Of a DNA stretch of 64,000 nucleotides, positions 30,426 to 40,219 are shown piece by piece (the first letter of the stretch is position 1; every line of letters starts with the position of its first letter). The notes beneath the pieces were generated by a model. The model was given only the letters and a program-made list of their open reading frames with translations. It was not told the DNA's origin and ran no database searches. The position numbers and the translations under genes were made by a program. The stretch is taken from IMG/VR virus record IMGVR_UViG_2595698754_000001, positions 3,171 through 67,170 of that record; one strand, 5' to 3'. The DNA comes from a virus. Taxonomy: Duplodnaviria; Caudoviricetes.

Positions 30426-31213
30426 TAATGTTGGCTGAATAAAAACGTGGCTAAAACGGGGAAAGCTAAGGGCGTAGCCTATGCCAATCCCGTGCTAGGG
30501 TTAATATGTGGTAACAAAAAAATAATAAGAGAGGAGGAAAACATGTGAAAAATATAGTTGCAGACGGATTACCAAGCAAGTTTTACAAGGCAGATACAGA
30601 CGGAAATGTCTACTACCTAAGTAAGACTAATGAATGGGTTAAGAGCACGTTGTCACCATTGTTCGACGGTTATGTTAGAGTTAGATTACAAAGAGATATT
30701 CCTAGAAAATTGTACAGAGTACACCGTATAATTGCAGAAACTTACATTCCTAATCCAAATAACTTGCCTCAAGTAAATCACATTAATGGAGATAGAAGTG
30801 ATAACCGTGTAGAAAATTTGGAATGGGTAGACAACAAAAACAACCAAATAAATGCTGTCAATAGGGGAACACATAAAGGAAGAGTTAAAGTTAGAAAAGT
30901 GTTTCAGTATACTAAGGAAGGAGAACTGATTGGTGAATTTAAGTCACCTACTGATGCCTCTAATATGACTGGTTTAGATAATAACCAAATAAGTAGGGCG
31001 GCAAGAGGTTTAACTACCAGTTATGCAGGATTCATTTGGAAATATTAAAGTAATAAACCCGAGTGTAGAGACTATTCCGAGAGGAAGTACGCCCCCAAGT
31101 GGGGGTGGAAACACCACGGTCGCTAACCACATGGCGGCAAGAGTTAGTCCAGTCCTAGTGAAAACTGGGAAGAGTGTAACGAGCTCGAAAGGTCTAGTAG
31201 GTCTAAGGAACTA
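30426..31213 (+). mobile_element. group I intron (IA-type) in the DNA polymerase gene
   Basis: P1 TTCAGT/GCTGAA with a U-G pair at the 5' splice site; P10 TGTTG/CAACA; P3 CGTGG/CCACG; P4 ACGGG/CCCGT; P7 GACTA/TAGTC; P9 with GAAA loop. Removal restores DFS|QQEPR. Confidence 0.93.
30545..31048 (+). CDS. intron-encoded HNH homing endonuclease (I-HmuI-like)
   Basis: VHRIIAETY..VNHINGDRSDNRVENLEW plus NUMOD1-like tail; GAGGAGG RBS; sits in the P6 loop. Confidence 0.9.
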   Translation: MKNIVADGLPSKFYKADTDGNVYYLSKTNEWVKSTLSPLFDGYVRVRLQRDIPRKLYRVHRIIAETYIPNPNNLPQVNHINGDRSDNRVENLEWVDNKNNQINAVNRGTHKGRVKVRKVFQYTKEGELIGEFKSPTDASNMTGLDNNQISRAARGLTTSYAGFIWKY

Positions 31214-31996
31214 CAACAAGAGCCCAGACTACTAGCACATTATTCGCAAGACCCTAAACTATTAGCCTTCTACAGAGAAGGACGTGACTTATATAGTGAG
31301 GTTGCATCAGAAACATTTGACGTACCACTTAATAAATGTGGAGATGGCACAGTGTATCGTAAACGTATTAAAACGGTTGTACTTGCTATCCTTTATGGCA
31401 TGTCTCCTAAAGCTTTAGCCAATAGTCTTGGAGTAGATTTTAAAGAAGCAGAATCAATCATGGATAACTTCTATGCTAAGTTCCCTTCCGTTAAGAATTG
31501 GATAGATAATAACGCTCGTGAAGTAACACAGCGGGGCTACATTGAAGATTGGCGAGGAAGACGTAGACGATTCCCTAAAGCCATTGGTAAAGATTTCGAC
31601 AGAGAAATGAGTAAGAAAACAACACGTGCTTTTGACTGGGAATTCCGTGGACAGATTCGCCAAATTACTAATGCCAAAGTACAAGGTGGAGCAGCTACTC
31701 AGACAAAAGAAGTTATGATAGCACAATCTAAACTAATGAAAAAATTATCAACACCCGGTCGAAAGTTTGAAATATCTTCACAGGTACATGATGAATTATT
31801 GTTCTACGTTCCAGAGGATATTACTAGAGAAGAAGTAGAAATGATTCGTTCCGTTATGATTGAAACAGTTAAGTTCTCTGTTCCAGCTAAAACTGATATG
31901 GCAATTGGTAAACGTTGGTGTGAGAAGTATGGAAAATATGATAACATTGTCAAAGAAGATGGTTTAGTTTCAGTCGAAGAATGGTTCGACAAATAA
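31214..31996 (+). CDS. polA: family A DNA polymerase, exon 2
   Basis: QQEPRLLAHYS; motif B RKRIKTVVLAILYG; motif C QVHDEL. Confidence 0.95.
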   Translation, partial: QQEPRLLAHYSQDPKLLAFYREGRDLYSEVASETFDVPLNKCGDGTVYRKRIKTVVLAILYGMSPKALANSLGVDFKEAESIMDNFYAKFPSVKNWIDNNAREVTQRGYIEDWRGRRRRFPKAIGKDFDREMSKKTTRAFDWEFRGQIRQITNAKVQGGAATQTKEVMIAQSKLMKKLSTPGRKFEISSQVHDELLFYVPEDITREEVEMIRSVMIETVKFSVPAKTDMAIGKRWCEKYGKYDNIVKEDGLVSVEEWFDK

Positions 31997-32051
31997 AGTC
32001 AATATGGAGAGAGCTTTCTCTCCTTTTGACGTACATATGAGGAGTAATAAA

Positions 32052-32663
32052 ATGGTAACAGATATTATTAAAACGGCAGTACTTAATGGCGAAGTCCTAA
32101 CTGGATACGTAGCCAGCAGTAATGGAACAATCTTTAAAGAGGAACAGGACTTTCAAAACAACACTAAATTAGTTCCCTTGGAACAGACTGCTAATATTGA
32201 AGGATACATGCAAGTATCTATTAAAGGAAAAAGAGTATTTGTTCACAGAATTATTGGTGAAACACTATTGCATAATCCGGTAAACTATGCTATACTTAAT
32301 CATATAGACCACGACAAAACAAATAACAATTTACTTAATCTACAGTGGTGTGATAGCTCACACAACATGAAGGAATATTACAGACATAACAAAGATGCCA
32401 CAGCAATTCGAGGAAAACGTCCTATAGAAATGTTTAAGGATGGAGAAGCAATTGCTTGGTTTGAAAGTGTTACGAAAGCACATGAAGTAACTGGCATCCC
32501 TCGCAGAAGTATTTCAAAAGTAATTAACAAAAAACGCCCTTCCGTGCACGGCTTTACCTTTGAAGTTGCGGAACCTATGTCACCTACCAGCTCATTAACA
32601 GCAATTGTTTACTATGCAGGTATTGTCGTTAGCGAAAAATGGGATTTGGGAGGGAAAAAATAA
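32052..32663 (+). CDS. free-standing HNH homing endonuclease
   Basis: VHRIIGE..NHIDHDKTNN..NLQW plus NUMOD1-like domain; AGGAG RBS before ATG 32052. Confidence 0.85.
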   Translation: MVTDIIKTAVLNGEVLTGYVASSNGTIFKEEQDFQNNTKLVPLEQTANIEGYMQVSIKGKRVFVHRIIGETLLHNPVNYAILNHIDHDKTNNNLLNLQWCDSSHNMKEYYRHNKDATAIRGKRPIEMFKDGEAIAWFESVTKAHEVTGIPRRSISKVINKKRPSVHGFTFEVAEPMSPTSSLTAIVYYAGIVVSEKWDLGGKK

Positions 32664-33689
32664 GTGTCTAATGAACAACAGCGTGCTGAAAAGATGGCAC
32701 AAGAACTTGAGCAACAGTTCAAGAATTTCTGGGGAGCTGGCGGACGTGAAGATAAAGCAGTAGACCATTACATATATAGTTCTTATGCCTATGCAACTTC
32801 ACCTACGTTTAAAGTACCTCAACCAGCACAAGGCATTCCAACATTTAGAGCAAGCTCAACAGGAGATAGCTTATGGAATCACGTTATGAGATTGACAAAA
32901 GCACCTTATGATAAAGCAGTGAAGATGTGGCATCACGGTCAGTGGCAAGATATTGGAACCGTAATTGGGGATATGGTTCAAAAGAATTTATTACTACAAG
33001 AAAAACATTATGAAAGTATTGTTGGAGAGAAACCTAAATTTGGTTTTGACCGCAAAGAAATTGATGGAAAACAGTTTCCGTTCTTTGAAGATTTCTCCAC
33101 AGATGTAGCATATTTTAGTCATAATGGACAAGATTTCTCTATTAGTGGCTCAGTAGATGGTGTCATGGTGTACACAACGTCCACAGGGCGAAAGATTCGT
33201 GTTGGACTGGAAGTAAAGTCTAAACAAGGAACAGCAGCTAAAACGTCCTTATACTCCATGAGAGAGCCAGACCCTAAACACGTTAAGCAGGTTACATCAT
33301 ACTCACTTATGCACGATTTAGATTACTACATAATTATGTACCAGAACGCAAGTAAACAATCTTGGAACATGGATGAACAAGAGCTTATTAAAACACCACC
33401 TATGAGATGTTTTGGAATTCATGTAACTCAAGAAATGAAAGACGATGTGGAAGCACACTTAGCAGAAGCTGTTAGATTGGCTAATGCAAAAGAACTACCA
33501 GTATTTGATGTAACAGCGTGGACGTTCTCTCCATTTAAACTTCATACAGCTTTGTTATTGACGAATGAACAGTTAAAAGCTTCCATTGATTTATATAACA
33601 GCCAAGTAGCTACTATGCCTAAATGGATGCAGAGTGGATGTAAGGAAGCTTATAGATGGATTAAAGAAATAAGGGAGAGAGCTAGATGA
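32664..33689 (+). CDS. PD-(D/E)XK (Cas4/RecB-like) exonuclease
   Basis: ISGSVDG..LEVKS..QVTSY motifs. Confidence 0.8.
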   Translation: MSNEQQRAEKMAQELEQQFKNFWGAGGREDKAVDHYIYSSYAYATSPTFKVPQPAQGIPTFRASSTGDSLWNHVMRLTKAPYDKAVKMWHHGQWQDIGTVIGDMVQKNLLLQEKHYESIVGEKPKFGFDRKEIDGKQFPFFEDFSTDVAYFSHNGQDFSISGSVDGVMVYTTSTGRKIRVGLEVKSKQGTAAKTSLYSMREPDPKHVKQVTSYSLMHDLDYYIIMYQNASKQSWNMDEQELIKTPPMRCFGIHVTQEMKDDVEAHLAEAVRLANAKELPVFDVTAWTFSPFKLHTALLLTNEQLKASIDLYNSQVATMPKWMQSGCKEAYRWIKEIRERAR

Positions 33690-34198
33690 TTATTGTAGGA
33701 ATTGATTTATCAAGTGTTAAAACGGGAGTAGCTATTGTAGAGCGTGATGCTTACGGTAACTGTAATCTAATTGAAACACGTATCATCATTACCCACTCAA
33801 CTTGGGATATTGGCAGAAGATTAGATGTATTTGAGAAAGCCATGTTAGCCATTTGGGAAGAATTCCAACCGGATATTATTGTTCGTGAGGGTGGGTTTGT
33901 ACACGGAAACAGAGCAACTAAGATTCTCTATAAATTTTATGGGGTGCTAGACCATTTGTACTATGAGTTCCGCAACGGAGAAAAGAAAATGAATGTCTAC
34001 ATGCCAAAAGCAGTTAAGAAAGCAGTGACAGGGAACGGAAATTCCTCTAAGCAACAAGTAGCGGATGCCTTACCTCGCTGGATACATATGGACAATCCGC
34101 TAGAATACTCAGACGATGAAACAGATGCTATTGCCGTAGCGTTAACGTTCTTAAAGGATATTGAAGAACTACGTTCATTGTCTACAAGGACTGAATAA
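33686..34198 (+). CDS. ruvC: RuvC-like Holliday junction resolvase
   Basis: GIDLS..TG, VREG, VKKAVTGNGNSSK, DETDAIAVA. Confidence 0.92.
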   Translation: MIIVGIDLSSVKTGVAIVERDAYGNCNLIETRIIITHSTWDIGRRLDVFEKAMLAIWEEFQPDIIVREGGFVHGNRATKILYKFYGVLDHLYYEFRNGEKKMNVYMPKAVKKAVTGNGNSSKQQVADALPRWIHMDNPLEYSDDETDAIAVALTFLKDIEELRSLSTRTE

Positions 34199-34199
34199 T

Positions 34200-34748
34200 A
34201 TGAAATATCCAAGTATTGCAATTATAGGAAAATCACGAACAGGTAAGTCAACTATTGCAGAGTTTATTGCAAGCTATACTGGTAATCACCACATGGGATT
34301 TGGCAAAGCAATGAAAGATGAATTCCATAGAACATTCCCAGATATTCCACGGTCACCGAAGCCACGAGATGAATACATAAAGTACGGACAAGCCATGAGA
34401 GAGATTGACGAGGACGTTTGGGTTAAGAAGTTATCAGCCCAAATGCCCGTCGGCTCTGTAGGTGTTGTCATAGATGACGTAAGACAAGAGAACGAATTAG
34501 ATTTCTGTATACGAGGTGGCATGTTAATTATTCAAGTTGTTTGTGATGATGATGTAGCCTTAAAACGTGCAGAACATTTAGGTGAAGACCTAGAAATAAA
34601 TAATGAATTAGATGTAGTATTTGATGGAAAAGACATTCCAATAGATGCTGTTATTACAAATAACGGACGTTCTTACACGGAAGTATACGACCAAATACTG
34701 GATTTACTTGAGAGTTGGAAAAAAGATGAGTTTCCTAGAAACACGTGA
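34200..34748 (+). CDS. deoxynucleoside monophosphate kinase
   Basis: GKSRTGKST Walker A; VVIDDVRQENE. Confidence 0.85.
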   Translation: MKYPSIAIIGKSRTGKSTIAEFIASYTGNHHMGFGKAMKDEFHRTFPDIPRSPKPRDEYIKYGQAMREIDEDVWVKKLSAQMPVGSVGVVIDDVRQENELDFCIRGGMLIIQVVCDDDVALKRAEHLGEDLEINNELDVVFDGKDIPIDAVITNNGRSYTEVYDQILDLLESWKKDEFPRNT

Positions 34749-35091
34749 AACAGATTACTTTCCTAAAAAGTTAGTAATGATGATAGACAATGCACCAAGA
34801 TTATTTTCAGACTATGAAAAAGCAAGTACTCGTATTAATGGAAGTATCCAAAACCAATTAATTAATATTTTGGAGGATGCTTTTAAGACAGTTAATATGC
34901 CAGAGAAGTTGCAAGATATAGCTATCCTAACTTTTGTCTATGAATATACACCAGCAGAATCAGCTAATATACTTGGAATAAATAGAGCAACAGCGTACAG
35001 ACATCTTGATAAAGCTATAGAAATACTACAAGGAAGTGAAACATTTAAAAATGAACTCAGAGACGGAGAAAAAGGGTTATGGACATTTTAG
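34726..35091 (+). CDS. sigma-70 region 4-like HTH transcriptional regulator
   Basis: YTPAESANILGINRATAYRHLDKA. Confidence 0.7.
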   Translation: MSFLETRETDYFPKKLVMMIDNAPRLFSDYEKASTRINGSIQNQLINILEDAFKTVNMPEKLQDIAILTFVYEYTPAESANILGINRATAYRHLDKAIEILQGSETFKNELRDGEKGLWTF

Positions 35092-35461
35092 TAAGAAGAC
35101 TAGACAAGAGCATTATCACAGTCGCCTAGAAAATTTTTACTGGGATACTATAGATGAATTAATTGCACATAACGAAAATAATCCTAGACTAATTTTCCCC
35201 GTACCAGATGATGAAGAAGTTATCTTGCAACAAGCTATATTACGAGGAAAAATAGTTGAAGGAATATGCGAGGAATTTTACCAAGAATTCGATGCAATCA
35301 GTATCCCAAACAGATTATACTTATTACTTTCTGGCTTCATTTTAGAAGTAGATAACAATGGTTTACGTAAGATTCCAAAGACAAATTTCTTAGATAAGCC
35401 ATACAAAACACGCGGTCAAATACTGCGAACAAGAGTGGAAGAAAGATTAAATTTAAATTAA
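35036..35461 (+). CDS. hypothetical protein
   Basis: ORF in operon; start uncertain. Confidence 0.6.
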   Translation: MKHLKMNSETEKKGYGHFSKKTRQEHYHSRLENFYWDTIDELIAHNENNPRLIFPVPDDEEVILQQAILRGKIVEGICEEFYQEFDAISIPNRLYLLLSGFILEVDNNGLRKIPKTNFLDKPYKTRGQILRTRVEERLNLN

Positions 35462-35464
35462 TTG

Positions 35465-35493
35465 TTGACAGATGCGACAAAACGTGCTATAAT
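35465..35493 (+). promoter_or_regulatory. sigma-A consensus promoter
   Basis: TTGACA-17-TATAAT with TG. Confidence 0.85.
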
Positions 35494-35553
35494 CTGTATC
35501 ATAGTCATAGGCACAAATTGTGACTAAATACACGAATCAAATGGAGGAAATAC

Positions 35554-36246
35554 ATGCTACTAACATTAGCTATGGCAATTAGTCTAACGGTTGCCCCAGT
35601 GAAGCCAGTGCAAGAACCAGTCCAAGAGAAGAGTGCGTTAACTGCTGTGGAAAATCTTCCTAAGCACTTGAATGAGCTTAAGAAGCAGAATGAAGCATCA
35701 GACAATATTGACAAATTGTTCGCATCTGTACCAACTAAGCAAGAAAAATCGTTGGAACAGGCAAAACAAATTTACGAAAAACACCAAAAAGAACTTAAAG
35801 CAAAAGCGGAAGCAGCTCGTAAATTAGCTCTTAAAAAGCAACGTGAAGCAGAAGAAGCCCAACAGGCTTTGAAAGCAAAACAAGCAGAGGAACAAGCTCA
35901 ACAAGAACAAGAACAGCAAGAACAAGCTTCTCCTAACCAAGAGAAATCTCAAGAGCCAGCCAAGCAAGAGACATCGCAATCAAGCACAGGAAAAGGAATT
36001 ATTCCAGAAGGAACGCAGAGTGGACTATCTGCTAAGGAATATATCGCCTATGTGGAATCACGAGGAGACTATAATTGCCGTTCCGCAACTGGTAAATATA
36101 TTGGAAGATACCAACTAGAGGAATGGAACTTGAAGGGTGACTATTCGCCTGCTAACCAAGAACGTGCAGCAGATGCCTATGTGGCACAACGATACGGAAC
36201 TTGGGAGAAAGCTAAAGAATTCCATATTATTCACGGTTGGTACTAG
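35554..36246 (+). CDS. secreted protein with C-terminal Apf/lytic-transglycosylase-like domain
   Basis: Signal-like N-terminus, coiled-coil/Gln-rich stalk, AKEYIAYVESRGDYN..GKYIGRYQL..SPANQERAADAYVAQRYGTW..GWY. Confidence 0.85.
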   Translation: MLLTLAMAISLTVAPVKPVQEPVQEKSALTAVENLPKHLNELKKQNEASDNIDKLFASVPTKQEKSLEQAKQIYEKHQKELKAKAEAARKLALKKQREAEEAQQALKAKQAEEQAQQEQEQQEQASPNQEKSQEPAKQETSQSSTGKGIIPEGTQSGLSAKEYIAYVESRGDYNCRSATGKYIGRYQLEEWNLKGDYSPANQERAADAYVAQRYGTWEKAKEFHIIHGWY

Positions 36247-36261
36247 AAAGAAGGTGGGCTA

Positions 36262-36486
36262 ATGCCATCAAAACAGTACTACAAGATGCTTGTGGAAGAT
36301 TTAGAGAAAGAGAACAAAAGTCTATTGGATGAACTAGAAACTTCTGCAAAGCATGAAGAGAAATTAAATGCAGAAATTACAGAATACAAACGACAGATTT
36401 TTGAAATGAAAAAGAAAGATAGCCAATCACCAAACCACTTATATGTGGATGGAAAACAATTGGCAACGCACATCTTCTATGAATAG
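36262..36486 (+). CDS. hypothetical coiled-coil protein
   Basis: RBS and operon context. Confidence 0.6.
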   Translation: MPSKQYYKMLVEDLEKENKSLLDELETSAKHEEKLNAEITEYKRQIFEMKKKDSQSPNHLYVDGKQLATHIFYE

Positions 36487-36715
36487 TAAAGGATATAAAC
36501 GTGGTGTTGTATATTTAGATGGCGATAGAGACGAACTCGCAAAGCAATTGACTTATGCCACTAATCAATTAGAAGACGATGGTGCACAGGTTCTATCCGT
36601 AGAGTTTAGACAGCCTTATGGTGCTTATGTATTCTTTATTATACCAGATGAACCAGACCCAAATGCACCAATTAACCCAGAAGAAATTGATTGGGATAGT
36701 GCGGAATCAATATAA
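36479..36715 (+). CDS. hypothetical protein
   Basis: Coupled ORF followed by a terminator. Confidence 0.6.
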   Translation: MNSKGYKRGVVYLDGDRDELAKQLTYATNQLEDDGAQVLSVEFRQPYGAYVFFIIPDEPDPNAPINPEEIDWDSAESI

Positions 36716-36789
36716 TTTTTAAACCTTGTCACTTTATTGTTGACAGGGTTTTTATTTTGTGGTATAGTAGTAATACAGGAGGTGAGAAT

Positions 36790-37068
36790 ATGCCAGAAAG
36801 ACCAAGTGATTATGATTTAGTTCACGTGTACACAACAGTAAATGAATTAACCAATAAAAATTTCACACACCTAAATCAAGCAAAACGAGCTTTAGTCCAT
36901 TTAAAAGAAATTGAAGATGGAACATTGCCACAGGAAAAACGGGCACAAGCCTTAGAAGAACTCTCAGATTCGCTACTACGTTTGGAATTAAATAACAGAC
37001 GTTTACGCTCCACAACAGTAAAGATTCTAAGTCCTAAATATGAAGATAAAAATACTGATACTAATTAA
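36790..37068 (+). CDS. hypothetical protein
   Basis: AGGAGGTG RBS; promoter TTGACA-17-TATAGT upstream. Confidence 0.65.
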   Translation: MPERPSDYDLVHVYTTVNELTNKNFTHLNQAKRALVHLKEIEDGTLPQEKRAQALEELSDSLLRLELNNRRLRSTTVKILSPKYEDKNTDTN

Positions 37069-37089
37069 GAGGAAGAGGAGATTAAAAAT

Positions 37090-38112
37090 ATGACTGAAAA
37101 TTCTAAAGTAAAAACATTTGAGGAGCAATTCGAGGAACTAAAAAGCAACATGTTTGGAGAATTAGAAAGCACTGTTAAAGAAAAGGCTTTCGATATTTTG
37201 GAGGATGCTTTAGAAAAAGTAGAATTCGAATCACCTGCTTTAAACTTCTTACGTGAGCAAAACTATGACACCTACTATGTCAGCACAGAAGCATATAGTG
37301 CAGGAGTAGATGAACATTGTGAAACAGGACGTATCTCTGCTATGACACAGGCAGGTTTGCACTGCTGGTTACATGGTCAAGCAGGTACAGGTAAAACAAC
37401 TATTGCACAAAACGTATCTACTAAACTTGGTTTAGACTTCTATCCAATGCAGAAGGTTACAGACGAGTTCACACAGCTTATTGGATTCCGTGATGGAACG
37501 GGTAAATACCAAGCAACAAACTTGTATAAAGCGATGAAGAATGGTGGGTTATTATTTATTGATGAAATCGATGCCAGTTCACCAGAAGCCCTTATCGTAA
37601 TTAATACTGTTCTTGCAAACAATTTTATGACCTTCCCTTCTAGTGCAGACGGCGGAGACGAAACAGTATATGCACATGAAGACTTTAAAGTAATTGTGGC
37701 AGGTAACACGCTTGGTAAAGGGGGAGACATGAACTACACAGGTCGTAACAAGATTGATGCTGCGACACTTGACCGTTTTGTTCCTATTCATGTTGATTAT
37801 GACAAGAAATTAGAATTGATTATCTCTAACCGTGATAATGATTTAATCCAGTTTATTCACCGTTGCCGTGAAGTAATCGAAGCCAACATGATTAACCACG
37901 TTATCTCTTACCGTGCTATGAGCCAGTACAAAAAACTAGAAGGCTTTGGAGAAGGCTTCGTATTTGAAAATGTTCTGTTTAAAGCACTAGCGTGGGCTGA
38001 TGTGTCTTCTATTCGAAAAGGATTGGAAAGTAAACACGCTAGTTCTTTAGCAGGAAATGAAGTGTGGAACAATTTTAGAGATTGGGTGACTTCTCAAGAC
38101 AATAAAAAATAA
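37090..38112 (+). CDS. MoxR/CbbQ/CobS-like AAA+ ATPase
   Basis: GQAGTGKT, LFIDEID, VIVAGNT, DAATLDRF. Confidence 0.88.
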   Translation: MTENSKVKTFEEQFEELKSNMFGELESTVKEKAFDILEDALEKVEFESPALNFLREQNYDTYYVSTEAYSAGVDEHCETGRISAMTQAGLHCWLHGQAGTGKTTIAQNVSTKLGLDFYPMQKVTDEFTQLIGFRDGTGKYQATNLYKAMKNGGLLFIDEIDASSPEALIVINTVLANNFMTFPSSADGGDETVYAHEDFKVIVAGNTLGKGGDMNYTGRNKIDAATLDRFVPIHVDYDKKLELIISNRDNDLIQFIHRCREVIEANMINHVISYRAMSQYKKLEGFGEGFVFENVLFKALAWADVSSIRKGLESKHASSLAGNEVWNNFRDWVTSQDNKK

Positions 38113-38130
38113 AGTTTAAGAGGTGTAAGG

Positions 38131-39042
38131 ATGGCAGAAGAGAAAGGAAAGTTTGTGCTAGATGTTGTTGAAAATAATTTCAGCCATAGAGAGATAGTTA
38201 ATCCAATAACAAAAGAGGGCAATTGGGATAGTATTTTATTAACTAAATATGTAGGAAATGACTACGAAAATATTTTTAAAGATTTACAAAAGAAACAAAG
38301 TGATTTTAATTACAGCAAGAATATGGAAGAGGATGACGATTGGAGAGATGGAGGAATAGGTGCCAGTACCTACAAGGAACGGTTCCACTCTAACTACATC
38401 GAAGAGAGTGAACAAGCTTCCATCCAAAGAGAGCTAACTAGGTTCCAGCAAATTCTTGAGAAAGGTTCTATGGAGTGGAGCGTTACAGGCTCTTCTCTAT
38501 CAGTTCCACGTTCTCTTATTGGACATCCACGACAATTCCGCCGTAGAGGGATGAAAGAGGTTCCTGCCATTAGTATTTATGTAGGGATTAACGCATTAGC
38601 GGACATTTCCGCACAGTCTTTAAATGATTATATGTTGAAAGTGTTTAAAATAATTGTGGCATTGTCATATAAATACAGATTACGCATTGTAGTAGGAAAA
38701 GCATCCGAGTCAGATGATATTGCTTCTGTAGTAGCTTTCACTATTAAAGATTTTGAAGATAGTTTTAACACCTCTCGGCTTTATTTTCCTTTAACTAACG
38801 TAGGTACGTATCGAAGACTGTTATTTACTTTACTAGAATTACAGATTAGTAGAATACCGGCAGCTAGTAGTTTTGGATGGGGATATGGACGTACTCTTGA
38901 AAGTAATTCTGAAACAAGAGAAGCTGTAGAAATTGCTATGCCAGAGGAAAACTTCCAACACGTCCTTAATTATTATTCAATAAAAGACTTGACAGATGAA
39001 GAAATTTATGATAAATTTTTCTTACAGAAGGAGGAGAATTAA
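38131..39042 (+). CDS. putative vWA-like partner of the AAA+ ATPase
   Basis: Adjacent to the MoxR-type ATPase; GSSLSVPRSLIGHP then an alpha/beta domain ending GWGYG. Confidence 0.5.
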   Translation: MAEEKGKFVLDVVENNFSHREIVNPITKEGNWDSILLTKYVGNDYENIFKDLQKKQSDFNYSKNMEEDDDWRDGGIGASTYKERFHSNYIEESEQASIQRELTRFQQILEKGSMEWSVTGSSLSVPRSLIGHPRQFRRRGMKEVPAISIYVGINALADISAQSLNDYMLKVFKIIVALSYKYRLRIVVGKASESDDIASVVAFTIKDFEDSFNTSRLYFPLTNVGTYRRLLFTLLELQISRIPAASSFGWGYGRTLESNSETREAVEIAMPEENFQHVLNYYSIKDLTDEEIYDKFFLQKEEN

Positions 39043-39309
39043 ATGGAAGAAAGTAGTTTTAGTGGAAGTATTGATGTGGAAATCGATTTAGAGGGAATGC
39101 TGGGGATTTCTAGCTTCTCAGCAAGTGGAGATACCGCAGCAGAGATTTATGCAGCGATTATCCTTTTGGAGCACGCCTTATCTGCTATCACAAAAGACGC
39201 AGACGAGGAAGCAACCAGCTTAGCCAGAAGTGCCGTATTAGCTAGAGTAAATTCCGCACTAGCAACAGAGCAATTTAAACTTAATTTTGGAGGAGAAATA
39301 AATGACTAA
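39043..39309 (+). CDS. hypothetical protein
   Basis: AGGAGG RBS. Confidence 0.65.
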   Translation: MEESSFSGSIDVEIDLEGMLGISSFSASGDTAAEIYAAIILLEHALSAITKDADEEATSLARSAVLARVNSALATEQFKLNFGGEIND

Positions 39310-39982
39310 ATTTAATCCGTTAGATAATTTTAATAAGAAATCAGTAGATAAAGATTGGGATAAGTTAAATGAATATATTCAAGAAGATGCTGAAAATTAC
39401 GAGTCAGACTTAGACGATTTAATTAATAATTCACAAGGATTATTAAATGATAGCGATGCCTCTATTATCTATAAAGGAAATGTACACGAAGAATTCCAAG
39501 TTAAAGAAGGGGATTTGGCAAAAGGTCAAGATAACGAAAATGGTGCCACAGCGTTTGATGAAATAACTAAGCTATTAAAAGAAATGGCTTCCAAAACAGA
39601 TAGTAGAAATATTAAATCAAATGAATTAATGGAATTTGTATTAGCTTATAGAAACTCTTTTGGAGAACGATTAGTAGATTTAGCTATGCAACATTTCCCA
39701 GAACCTGATGAGATGAAAGATACTGATAAGACATTTTTAATGGTTGCGGGAGCTACCGTTGAAGGACTTGTGCAAGGAATTATGAATATTTTAATATCCG
39801 GAAAAGATTTTAAATCAGAGTATGGGGATGAATATGGAGATAGTATTGCAAAAGAAATTCATAGCCAGTGGTCAGAAGAAATCAATGGGGTAACAATTGA
39901 AGAAGATGAAGATGAAGAGGAAGAAGATTTATCCGGAGATATTATGCAACTATTAAAAAACTTATTAGAAGGGGACAAATAA
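39302..39982 (+). CDS. acidic hypothetical protein
   Basis: GGAGG RBS; Asp/Glu-rich. Confidence 0.7.
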   Translation: MTKFNPLDNFNKKSVDKDWDKLNEYIQEDAENYESDLDDLINNSQGLLNDSDASIIYKGNVHEEFQVKEGDLAKGQDNENGATAFDEITKLLKEMASKTDSRNIKSNELMEFVLAYRNSFGERLVDLAMQHFPEPDEMKDTDKTFLMVAGATVEGLVQGIMNILISGKDFKSEYGDEYGDSIAKEIHSQWSEEINGVTIEEDEDEEEEDLSGDIMQLLKNLLEGDK

Positions 39983-39985
39983 ACT

Positions 39986-40219
39986 ATGATTAAATACAAC
40001 GCTAATGTAGTAGTAGATTATCTTCGTATTTGTAAGAATGGAATTGATGGAGGTAGATTCTCTATGGATTTTGAATTTAGTTCTCTTAGTTCCGTGGAAG
40101 AAATGAATTTAGGGGAATTCTTAATATTCCAAGAGAGCTTACGCAGACGTTTACAACTATTTGCAAGTGGTAAACTTTTAATCAATGTTCAAGAGATGGA
40201 AGTTGAGAAAATTGGTTAG
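39986..40219 (+). CDS. hypothetical protein
   Basis: RBS and operon context. Confidence 0.6.
   Translation: MIKYNANVVVDYLRICKNGIDGGRFSMDFEFSSLSSVEEMNLGEFLIFQESLRRRLQLFASGKLLINVQEMEVEKIG

Noticed and set aside
31023-31235. 70-aa ORF after the intron HNH
   Set aside because: It overlaps the intron catalytic core (P7-P9) and has no RBS.
31352-31996. Separate small polymerase subunit starting at GTG 31352
   Set aside because: The frame is open from 31214 and completes motif A; it is exon 2.
32664-33689. Cas4-like nuclease as part of a CRISPR-Cas locus
   Set aside because: No other cas genes or array; it sits with polA and RuvC as a normal recombination exonuclease.
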